NCBI GenBank assembly: GCA_039545335.1
Contig: BCIN01000001.1
Span: 2,917,136-2,981,135, forward strand
Direction of reading: 5' to 3'
Source of the DNA: Kondoa subrosea
Taxonomy: Eukaryota
Length of the DNA stretch: 64,000 nt
How positions within the stretch are numbered: position 1 is the stretch's first letter; every line of letters starts with the position of its first letter. A program made the translations under genes and the position numbers. Below the pieces are notes generated by a model that was not told the origin of the DNA, made no database searches, and saw nothing but the letters and a program-made list of their open reading frames with translations. Positions 24,977 to 38,610 of this stretch are shown here, one piece after another.

Positions 24977-25507
24977 ATCGAATTCAGTCTTCGGTCAGAA
25001 GGATTTGGTAAGTTCGGCAAGGTGCTGAAATAGTATGCTGCATGACATAAAGTAAGGGGAGTGAGAAGAAGACATTGTAAGACAGGACCAACGCGAGTAG
25101 CTATACATAGGAAACCCATCAGTAATTGTAGAACAACTGACCGCGAGACGGCGTATACCTCGCTTTGTATCACAAACAGCAGAAGACGACACGCTACGAT
25201 GCGGCAAGGGCATCGACCTGGAATGATGAGTTGAGATGCAATTCAATAGGCACTGTAATGCAGAGCATACTGATGAAGGGTTTTCGGGGTAAAGCGGAGA
25301 GAGAAGAGGGGTGAGGAGAAGAGGGGAAGCAGAGAAAGAACAAACAGACGTATACATAATAGAGCGGAACGCCTGCCGGAAAGACACTTATTGCCATGAA
25401 AGATGCGAATGATGATAACTTAAAGTGCTTCTACTAAATTAGTACATATGAGTGTTTACAAGTCGGCCTGACGGTTTGCCGATGAACGATGAGCCAGTCT
25501 TGCTGCT

Positions 25508-26524
25508 CTAAACAATTTTGTTTGCTTTTGATGCCTCGCCAATGCTGTAATCATAGGTCGGCACATGCAGAAAGACTAAGGTTCAAAATATTGCTTACCT
25601 TCCACCTGGATGGCATGTAGCGAAAGTCTGCTGCCTTTCACTTTCGTGTGACTCCCAACCTCCCTTTGTTCGCATCACATTGAGACCCAGGGCGTGTAAG
25701 AGGCCAAGTGCCACAGCGACTGAAGATGTTGGTGCTGGCAGATGGGGATCCGCTTCTAGTCCATCTCCACCTATCGATCCATCCAGGAATACATCACTTG
25801 CCAGTGCCATCGGACTGTTTTCGTTGCCAGTGAGCGCCATAATGTGAGAGCATCGATCTTTGACGTGATTGAGTAAAGTAAGCACTTCTTGAGTGCGACC
25901 AGAATAAGAGATCACGAGAAGGACATCCGATTTGGTAGGAGAGATGAGACCGAGATCGCCATGTAAAGCTGCAACTGGACAAAGAAACGTTGATGGTATG
26001 CCAAGAGAACAGAACGTTGCTGCTGCTTTGCGACCAAGTAGAGCGCTTTTGCCAATACCAGATATGATGAGTTTGCCATGGACAGGCATTGAGGAAAGGA
26101 TAGAAACCGCTCGATCAAAAGATGACGAAGCAGATCTTGTTTGATCCAATTCACTTGCTGAACCCGTCTCTTCATCCTCAATCGCTTCATCTTCCATCTC
26201 CAATCTCGCTGCCAGTGCCATTAAGGCTGCTGCCTCCCTTTTCACTATAGTAGCCGCATAGCTTGACGTTCTTCGTTTCTTGTTGGGCAGAAGGAAAACC
26301 TTCTCATCTTCTAATGCCAGACCATTGAGTTGAGAATCGAGCTGAGCGCTGATCCTTGGTGAAGAGACAACGGAAGATGCTGGAGTTGATAATGGACTTG
26401 AAGAAGATTCCGATGGACTGCCGCTGGTCGAAGGTGCATCTGATTCTACATCTGGACTGGTTGCTGTGGATCGAAAATAATCGTCTAGAGCTATTCCGGA
26501 ATCATTGAGCTGTTTGCTGTCCAT
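25508..26524 (-). CDS. SIS-domain sugar-phosphate isomerase, KdsD/KpsF/GutQ-like, without CBS domains
   Basis: GKLIISGIGKS, AATFCSLG, ALHGDLG, ISYSGRTQEV, APTSS, HPGG/SIG across the last intron. Confidence 0.88.
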
Positions 26525-26993
26525 TTCTTTTTCTTTGATGTCGCGATCGCCAGATAAGGCTATTTCCTTCTTGGCTGCCACGAATACCTAGAGTGCGTGC
26601 AAAGGGCCCCAGTTGCGAGCTTTGGGGGTAGTTGGAGGTGTCGGAAAAGAGAAAAAAGGAGCACGTCAGTAATCAGATGCAGATCGGCGATGAGGTCAAA
26701 ATTTCCAAAGGCCGAGATTTGCGATAATGGCGCGAGGAAAGGGGACCAACGTAAGCTTTCGGCGGCCATGACGTGTGAGTGCATTGAAGCTGGGTATTGG
26801 TAGGCCAAGCGCATAGCAATGATTACCGCCAGACAATTGCGGACCAAAGCACGCGACAAAGGCTAATTCGCAAAGACATGCATCAAAACGACCAGGAACT
26901 GAAGATAAGGACAGCACAGCAGTCAAAACAGGGACAGCTTGCTCTGATGCGCGATTGAAAGCATTCCAGCTATAGCTACTTTTCTGAGTTTGG

Positions 26994-28039
26994 ATGACGT
27001 CCCATTATTGGTCGAATCCGCTGGCAACGGCAGCTGACTCTGCCTTAATCATCCTTAACGAGCCTATCGCGCGGCTGGAGCAGCTGGACACGCTTTGGCA
27101 GCACTGTGCGTCTTTTGACGAAGGCAATATAGATCAGCTCATCAATCTTTGACACAGCTTCTCTCAGGCTATGTGCAGACGGCGGAGCGAACAGATTGTA
27201 TGAAGTGTGTGGGACTGATGAAGTACGAAAAAGGTCAGCGCTCAATTGGATGAACGCAGAGAAAAACTCAATGTCAGCTCGGACCTCAGATACAAGCCTG
27301 ATCTCATCAAAGGCGATTTCGATTCCCTGAGAGAAGATGTGAAGCTCTACTACGCTGGACTGGTGCGCTTTCATGCAATACATACTCATTCCGCTGGTTC
27401 TTACTTTCTGTAAGCAGGGAGTGCCAATCAAGCACGACGGAGATCAGTACTCTACTGATCTCGGCAAGTGTATAGCAGAAGTAAAGGCTGCCGAATCAAC
27501 TGCTTCACCAGTGCGTGTTTCCTTGTTTCGAACGGATACCAAATCTCATAAGATGTCTCAGTTCCGCATTCTACTACTAGGTGGTCTGACAGGAAGATTG
27601 GATCAAACGTTTCACACTCTTCACACTCTCAATAAGCTTGCTCTGACAAGGAAGGCTCCGATTTGGGCTTTTAGCGAGCAAAGTATGGCATGCGTACTTT
27701 CACCGGTAAATGCGTCTCGGATCTCTTTCTGGCCGATATTCAGGGAAATTCGTTATAGGGCAAACACATACTTGATGTCGATCTGGAGACACAAGGTCCG
27801 ACCTGCGGAATTTTACCGATCGGTACTGAAAGCGCAAGGATAACAACAATCGGTCTTGAATGGGATGTTGGTACGTGATATATGCTCTTTCAACGCCAGA
27901 AACTGAAGAAAGATTCATAGAGGACTGGGAGACCTCCTTTGCAACGCAAGTTTCCACTTCAAATCATCTTGTAGCAGATCAAGTAACAATACAAACGGAC
28001 AAAGTTGTAGTATGGACAGTAGAATTACGACACAAGTAG
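26994..28039 (+). CDS. THI80: Thiamine pyrophosphokinase
   Basis: ALIILNEP, CADGGANRLY, PDLIKGDFDS, DQYSTDLGKC, GGLTGRLDQT, GPTCGILPIG, GLEWD, QVSTSNHL. Confidence 0.92.
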
Positions 28040-28223
28040 AAAGTTCACATAGCATGCATTACAAATCAATAGTGAAAAGGTCCCTACACAAAATGTTCTA
28101 TGAAGATGAGGAATTGTTCGATTTTACAAGGTTCAGTATATGTATGAGAGAGGGAAATACATCAGAATCAGCACAAAATGGAAACGAAAGTCACAGATAA
28201 AGTCAGATATACCCCCTCAACCT

Positions 28224-30764
28224 CTACTCGTCGTCTGCCATGCTCGCAAGACTGTACTCAAGCATCAAAAGGAAGCTAGCGCTATGATAGATCGCAGAGC
28301 TCACCCAATCACCGTCGCGACAGAACCGACAGCCATCCATAATCCGGCAACAGTCGCTCGCTTAGCAAAAGCGAACATTTTCTGCTTTTTGCTCACATGA
28401 ACCGCTTGTGCCAAAGGGAACAAGAGGTCGCCATCTGCTTCCGTTCCACGCTTGCGTTTTAATGGCTGGCCCATCGGTGTGAGTATACAATCGAAACAGT
28501 ATATGAGACCTCACTTTAAGTTTAGGCTTCTCGGTCTGAAGAACCGCATTACCCATATCAGCGTCTTGCATCTGTTGCTGCTGTTCTTCTACTTGATTTC
28601 CTACTGTCCTGATCATCTTCTCAACCTCTTCTTGAACATCATCGATGAGCATTAGAGCCTTGTTGGGCGAAAGAGGCGGAGAACCTGATCGAGCAAAAGT
28701 GTAGCGAGGTGAAACATGCAGCTCTTGGTCAAGAGTCGGTGCATCGGGGCATTCAGCAGCTTGTTGAACAGACGGAGTACTGAAGCCTGGAGCACATATT
28801 GGGTCTTATATCAGAAAACAAGAATCTCAAAACATACCTTGAGGTAATTCTCCAGCCAGCTCGTGATTTTCCTCAGATGCATGACTGCCTGATTCTGAAC
28901 CTTCAAAAGGATCAGACTTCAACGCTTCTTCTTTGGTTTCAGGTAAGAATGGATCAGCATCAGCAACCATGAATGAATCTTCTTCTAGCAAAGCTTCGGC
29001 GGGAATAGAGCTAGGAACCGTTCCGTTTCCAGCAGAAGCATCCATCACGGTGATATCTTGATCTGGATCAAAATCATCTTCATCTGCATCCGAATCGCCG
29101 TCATCTTCCACCAATGGTTCGCAAGACATTGACAAAGCAGCTTTCTTCTCGTCCCAAGTCTTAGTAGGCGAACGATTTTCCAAAGGCATATCTTCATCGC
29201 TCGAGCCTGCATTGCTCTCAAACAGCAATGGTCTTTTGCGACAGAGACGCTCTTCTTCATGCTCCGAAGTGACTGGACTATGACCAGCATCTTCATCACC
29301 AGCTTGAGAGCCAAATTCATGCTTTGACCCGGGACTGGAAGATTGATCCTTCTCTTCTTCGGAATTGACAGCGGAAGGAGCATCTCTGGCTGTTTGAACA
29401 GGATCGATAGATATAGAGCGACGATCTTCATCTGAGAAAGAATATCAGTGACATGTTCAGGCGCTTCAACATTACTCACAGCTTTGTTGCTGAGTAGCGT
29501 CAAAATCGAAGCCATCAGAATCGTTAACGAGCTCCTGAGTGGCACCTCTTGTAAGTCCACTTGGAACAATGACCGAATCTTCGGAAGCAGCACGTCTCAT
29601 CAAAGCGCTTCGAGAATGGAAGAGATCGATTTCAGAGTTTCTAAACTCTACAGCTGGATCGTTGAAGCCGGTATCGTTAGGAGAATTGAGCTGAGTACTC
29701 TGCTGGGATTCAAAAGCGTAGCTAGCTTCACGGGATTGATTGTTGGAGAGTTCCATATCAGAGTCTGCAAGTTGAGGAAGAACTTTGAGCGGTGCTTTGA
29801 CAGTAGGCTTATTAGTAGTAGTCCACAATTCATCCAATTCAGCTTCTTCGATATCCCAAACATCGGTGTCAGGGATAATAGCTCTCTTGCTCTTGGCTGA
29901 TTTGACAGGCATCCATTCTTCAAAGGGAGACAGTTCAGCTTCGCTTCCATCACTGATGTAGCCAATGTGTGGACGAGGAGCTTTTGGTTTATTGTTGCTG
30001 GTGATGATATCGACACGTACTTGTACTGGTGTGCAATTGGAAGCTGTGGATGGTCAGGACCACTTAGTCGCTACTATACGATAATAGTTCTGCCAAACTC
30101 ACCTTGAGACTCGCTGTTGTTATTGACTCGTTTGCCGAAGCTCAAAATGTCGCCATTGTTGATTCGAACGGGTTCAGTATCGAGAGTGGTAATGATGTCT
30201 TGATCTCCATCGCGAGAAAGATAAGTGCCATGCGAAGAGCCTGTCAAATCCACAGATAGACAATGAGCAATGAAGCTCCTTCACATCCAGTCGGACTGAC
30301 GTTTGTCCCGGACCCCATCTCGAACGTAGACCTATTACTTCTGTTAGCACAAATCGCGGAACTTGGAAAGAGAATGCTTACTTTTTCGCCTTCGACAGTA
30401 ATAGTAGCATGAACACGGCTCATCACTACGTTGCCCACAGCATCATGGTCTGTCCCAAATAAAGAAGAAGCTCAAGTTTACCTTTGCTCGAGAATAGACC
30501 ATTATCGACAAGACATTCTTCATTGCTGTACAAGAGGAACATGACTAATCAATCCGAGACTGAATAGCTGATGGTCCGCTTCACCTGCTAGCTGAAGCTC
30601 TACCAATAGTAAACGACTTCTCCGACCTGTGCGATAACCGCAGTATCAATGATCCGTGCTTCTGCTGTAGGGATGCGATTGAACACATACTCTGATACAT
30701 TGAGACGCTTATGAGCTTCTCCACCTTGGGATGAGACGATTCGTAGAGCGATAGCTTGGATCAT
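28224..30764 (-). CDS. FHA-domain protein with long acidic/disordered middle and C-terminal transmembrane anchor
   Basis: TIGRAS, NGLFSSK, VMSRVHATI, GSSHGTY, GDILSFG (FHA motifs). C-terminal ATVAGLWMAVGSVATVIGLASMADDE*. Confidence 0.75.
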
Positions 30765-31171
30765 GTTTTGTAATGGGGAAGAGGGGTAAGGAATGCTAAT
30801 AGAGCTGTTGCCTGCTGCACTCGGTAGACAGCACCTGATAACAACCAAGCTAGACTGTGCCCTCGTTCGATCAGGAGTGAGAACAATGCGGTTTCGGAAA
30901 AGGAGTTGCAATCTGAAATTACGCGAAGTATAGTGGGAGCCCGAAGGCGAATTCTGGGCGCTGTAAGAGCAAAGCTTCGATATGCTGTTCTATTACATGC
31001 TAGACCCACTGCAGGCATCGCATACGCTTGTGTATTCCTAGGATTGCGATTACCTAATCATCTGGAGACAATAATAAAGCGCTGCCAATGAAGACTTTCT
31101 GCGCAAACCCTTGAGCAATGCTCAAGGCAAGAGCGTGTGCACTTACTGTATTTGCTACTCTTCTCGAGTCA

Positions 31172-32468
31172 TCACAGATAGACGAATTGAAAGCTATAAT
31201 CCTGAGGTCAGTGACATCTGCAAATTAATAACAATAGGACCAACCGAGAAAGCTGGAATGGGATACTCGAAAGTTGAGGACCATAGCGTGCAGAATTCTA
31301 GACGTGCATAAATCAGACTTGGAGATTCACAGGTGATGCGACAGGGTTACGCACATCATAAAGCTCAAACAAGGGAATAGCGAGCAACTTCATATTCTTC
31401 GGCACACTCAGAACCTCTGTCAGCGACAAAGACGAACTGATCAACATCAAGCTGAATGGGCCCGTGATTGTACTGACTTCTTTCCGGTAATTGGACCGAA
31501 TATAAAGATTTGCATTCTTTTGGTCTACTGACGTGCGCAGGACAGTACGGGTACTGTCCGTAACCCAGCCAAATTAGCATAAACTAGTATGCTAAGAAAT
31601 ATACAGGTAAACGGACCATGAACTGCTCGAAATTCGGTCTCCACCATTGACCTAAACATTCGCCAATTTCCCATCCAGAATGAACGCCTTGAGCTTCAGT
31701 GAATTGACCAGACATGGCTGAAGCGTGTGAAGGAGCGAGTTGTTCGTCCAGACGACGCTTGAGACCGTCTGCATCAGTTTCTCCGGGATTTAGATAGTTG
31801 CCAGGTCTGTGTTCTGTGTGTCAGTTATGCTGAGGAAATAGTTCGGGTCACTTACAACTTGAAGAAAGCATTGGCAATTTGCCTGTACGCAAAGAACTCT
31901 TTGACATCAGGCAAATCCGCCGAACAGAGAACATCACGCACAGCATAAGAATATGAGGATGTCCATGTTCATGTACCAGCATGATGCCTGTGCGCAAGCA
32001 AGATCTGTTCACCCTAGTAACAAGGGAAGGAACGTCCTGCAGCGCACCTTCGACTGTCCTTCTCATGCCATACGTTTCATAATTGTTCTGCAGCCGCGCA
32101 AGTCGAGCTGTAACTGAAGGATCTTCTTCATGTCTGTTCGTACAGACTGTTACATCAGAGCAGTAGCTCAAGGTAACAGGATCACGCTGAACAGTCTCAG
32201 ATCAGCTCGAGTTGGCTAGATCATCAGACAGGAACGTACAACTGAGTTTCTTTCACTCCAAACGTATAATTCGCAAGCGGGTATCTGTATGCACAGAAGA
32301 AGCAAAAAGCACAAAAAGGCAAGAGAGTAAGAAATCGTAATTTCACTTCATCAGACGAGATATTACAGCAAGCCCAGGATTCAAGCAGGCTACAGCAGGT
32401 CCAATGCGGCACAGATAGAGTACAAGAAGGGAACATGCTAATACGTACAAATTGATAGTAGAAGTCAT
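31172..32468 (-). CDS. NUDT21: Cleavage factor Im 25 kDa subunit (CPSF5/NUDT21)
   Basis: YPLANYTFGVKE, EEDPSVTARLARL, GMRRTVEG, VHEHGHPHILMLQI.NAFFKLPG, QWWRPNFE, RYGPQLSSIP. Confidence 0.93.
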
Positions 32469-32539
32469 TGCTTTGGCTGTCTGAAAGTAACAGATGAGAT
32501 TCACTGTTGTTCGCAAACACTTCAAAGCGGGCAATCAAC

Positions 32540-33231
32540 ATGAGGACGAAAGCCGCAGCGTTCCCAATAACGAGGCTCAAGAAGATTATGCAAGCGGACG
32601 AAGAGATAGGCAAGGTGCATTTCCACAGCACATTTCCAGAATCTTGTAATCTGATTACATCTATGTCTAGGTTGCACAAGCTACTCCAGTAGCAGTCTGT
32701 ATGCTCTCTCTCCTTCCCTGTATCTCCTCTTCTCATTATTCTGTTTGTTGTGTTCTTTCTAAATGCTCAGCTAAAGCGCTCGAAGGCTTTATGCGCGATT
32801 TAGTAGAAGGTGCTGCTGCAGAAGCTTCAGAAAGAGGAGCAAAGAAAGTAACAATGTATCACTTGTAAGTCCTAACTCGTCTTTATCTCCTATTGTCCCA
32901 GTCATGTTGATGTGTCTTCAGTAAACGAGCTGTATTGGCCAACACAACTTACGATTTCCTCAAAGATTTGGTCAAGGATATACCAGATCCAGTAGCCGCA
33001 TCGGATAAGCCAAAGAAACCTCGAGCACCTAGAGCGAAGAAAGATCCAAATGCTGAACCGAAACCTAAAGCAGCTAAAGGAAAGGGGAAGAAGGCGAAAG
33101 CGAAAGCAGAGGAAGGAGCAGAGGAGGAAGAAGCGCAAGATGAAGCTGCTGCTGCAGTTGGTATGCCGGAAGAAACACCTAATGTTGGTGAAGAGCCTAA
33201 AGAGGAAGACGAGGAGAATTACGATGGATGA
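32540..33231 (+). CDS. BUR6: NC2 alpha subunit (Bur6/DRAP1, histone fold)
   Basis: [32 protein letters not shown]...YDFLKDLV. Confidence 0.9.
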
Positions 33232-33520
33232 ACGAGGCTTGTAAGGTTGGTAGTGTTGTATATAAAAGCTGTACTCTTACAAAGAGCTGTCTCTAAAATC
33301 ATTCTTTCCATTGCTAAAGTATGCGACGAAATTTACATCTCTAAAATTGCTATGGTGAAAGTACTTGCTACAACATTTGAACACAACCAATCCGAAACTG
33401 CGACACATTTTATACATAGCCACCAGGCATCCAACAATGAGAGAAATAGAAGTCGGGATTATGCACTGTACATGTACAATGAGTCTTGGTCCGCCAATCG
33501 AAAAGAGAGACGAGGCACAC

Positions 33521-36027
<2,507 letters not shown>

Positions 36028-36793
36028 GGTAGATGCTCGTCGCAGTATGAGTATGCACGCTCCAAAGACTCGAAGTTACGCCCTTCCAGAGGCTGAGTCT
36101 TTGCTCCGACACTCAATATGTAAGAAGCGAAGTCGTCCGCTACAGAGAGCAAGGCGGCCTGCTTGCTGTGGTATCTCGTCTACGCGTGCAGGAATCTTTT
36201 GAATCGTATCAAAACTGTCGTGCGTGGTATCGCAGGCTATAGACACTGGATGTAGGAAGACAAGAACTCATTATTCTAAGTTTTTAAGATCTTGTTAGAG
36301 ACTGCCGCTCTGACTGTGAACTCTACCGAATCGCTGATCACGTATCCTTGCTATAACAGCTGCCGCGACATGAGTGATAGACCGAGATCCGAGGACATCG
36401 AGCCGTTTCCGAAGATGTTGCCTTTCTGCATTTGGCGCTGTTGTTGCTGCCTAATGCTGCAGTGCTACCTGCACCTGCATTCAGTCACCTGCAAAGTCAG
36501 GCGAGGACCTTTTCGCGTTCCGAGTTGATTCCAATCTTTCCCTTTGATTAGAAACCATAGATGCTTTCTTCTGTATGACTCACGCTTGCATATTCCGAGC
36601 GCTCTCTCTTGTTCTGCTTCATCCATCTCTCTCTTCTAATCTCGTTCAATCACTGATCGCCTTCACTTCTGTCATCTATTCAAATTCCCATTACAAATTG
36701 CTTTCAGCTTTATTCCGATAACCTTCTTAATCTATATCTCAACAATTCAATTACATCTCTCTTTGCGCCCTTTTACCTAATCTAATCAACATA

Positions 36794-38107
36794 ATGTCAT
36801 CTACCAGTTCTCCTCGCAGCGGTCTTGACGCTCTGCACGAAGCAGTCTGCCCAACGGAATCCCTCAATGGATCGAGTCCAACTTCGACCGAACGGAAACA
36901 ATCGAATGCAACTTCTGTGACGGTCCGTTTGTGTTCTCTTTAACTCTTCATTCCGCTAATTAAAGTCGTATGCAGACCGCTACCGCTCGTTCGCCTGTTG
37001 AAGCTACTTCCTCTTCACCTAAAGTCTCGCCCACTACTTCTTCCCTTAGTACTACCTCAAACGACCTACCTGAATTCACGGGAGCTTCAAGATCTGGATC
37101 AGGTCCTCCTCGAATCGCTCCAATTCGCAATAAACTTGGTAATCTAGCTTTCACTTCACCTAAACCAGCTTCCGCCTCACAACAAGCGCCTTCTACTCGA
37201 TCTTCTGCTTCTTCTACAGCATCAACTTTCAGAATGTACAAAGATCATTCTCCTACGCCATCAAGAGCGTCTACTTCAGCTGCTGGTACTACTTCTCCGC
37301 GACAACATCAGAATAGGTCTCTTTCTGTAGTACGTTTCATCTTCACTTTCCCTTTGTGCAGTCACTACATGTCGAACTAATTCACTACCTTCTAAACAGC
37401 CAGTAGAGCAATCAACTTCTTCTGCTTCCATGCAGCAGCAAGAAAGATCTCAAACTATTCAAACTATTCCAGATCTCACTGTCCGACCTACATCACAAGC
37501 GATACTTCCTCATCAACATCATCAACAACATCAAACATCAGAATCTTCTCAACCTTCTCAATCTCAATCTCAATCTCAGCAACCTAGATCTAGGATTTCT
37601 TCAGCTATGACTTCTGAACCACCTGCACCTAGAGCACCTCACATTACTACTAGAATGATTGAAGAAGTTTCTCAAACCGTTCGTTTTTGCCCTCTTCTTA
37701 CTTCCTTCCTTACATCTTGAGCTAAAATGGGAGGTAGTTCGAGAAACTGGCTGAAGAGTTTGCGAAAGTCGATGATGCGGTCATGGTCATTCAAGATCAA
37801 CAACCAGGAAGAAAGATGGAGGAACATATTAGACAAGAATTGATTCGGAGACGAAATCAAGCTTCGGATATTTGTGATCAATTACATGAAGTGAGTCCTT
37901 CTCTCTTACACTGAAAGGAAGAGGGAGATATTGATAGATGATGAATAGTACTGCGCTAATAATGGAATGACTATCTGGTGCCCCTCGACGGCTGCGATCC
38001 AGAGAATGAGTCAGCATGTCGAAGAAGATATTGCTTTGGCGCAAGAAGAATTGGCTACCCTATCTTCCCGAGGGAGAGATTGTCAGCATCTCCTTAAATG
38101 TAATTGA
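36794..38107 (+). CDS. Hypothetical Ser/Gln-rich protein with C-terminal helical/coiled-coil region; 3' end uncertain
   Basis: Pyrimidine-rich 5' leader. Consecutive ORFs joined by canonical introns, ending ...FEKLAEEFAKVDD...ELIRRRNQASDICDQLHE. Confidence 0.55.
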
Positions 38108-38610
38108 TTCTCTTTCATTGATCGACACGGTCAAGCTGACGCGGAAAGGTAGATCGATGCGTTTTACTTATTCAGCGCTACTTCTGGGCTGTGCGATTGA
38201 ATCGCGTTCGTTACCCAGCTATCTAATTAGTAAGCATTGTATTTCGTTTGAAAGGACACCGCTGATCTATTCGTATAGATATCAATGTATCGTAATGACA
38301 ATTAGGAAGTGCTAATGTAGGAAAACGAATCTTGTAATAGGCAGTACCGATTAATGTATCCCGATTTTTTTGCTGCGCAAGCTATCGAGAAAGTATGCAA
38401 GCATGTATTACTTTGCTATTTCACTTGTGATGTTGAGCTATGTACACTTTGCTTGAAGAGCAATGGAAAAGGAATAACTTATAAATGCGAGCAGAAAAAA
38501 AGAATGATAAGTCGAAAAAGTATATACCCCATGCAAGTCCAAGCCCTGTTTCGCTAGCATCACTCTGTGACCCAGCCTTTTGGTGCGGAAAATAAATAGA
38601 ATAAGTTAAA

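Noticed and set aside
25409..25471. ATGATGA...CTGA C/D-box-like pair on the + strand
   Set aside because: No convincing terminal stem or recognisable rRNA guide, and such motifs are frequent by chance here.
32325..32360. CUGAUGA-AGU-GAAA hammerhead-like core in CFIm25 intron 1
   Set aside because: There is no stem II and the flanks cannot form stem I.
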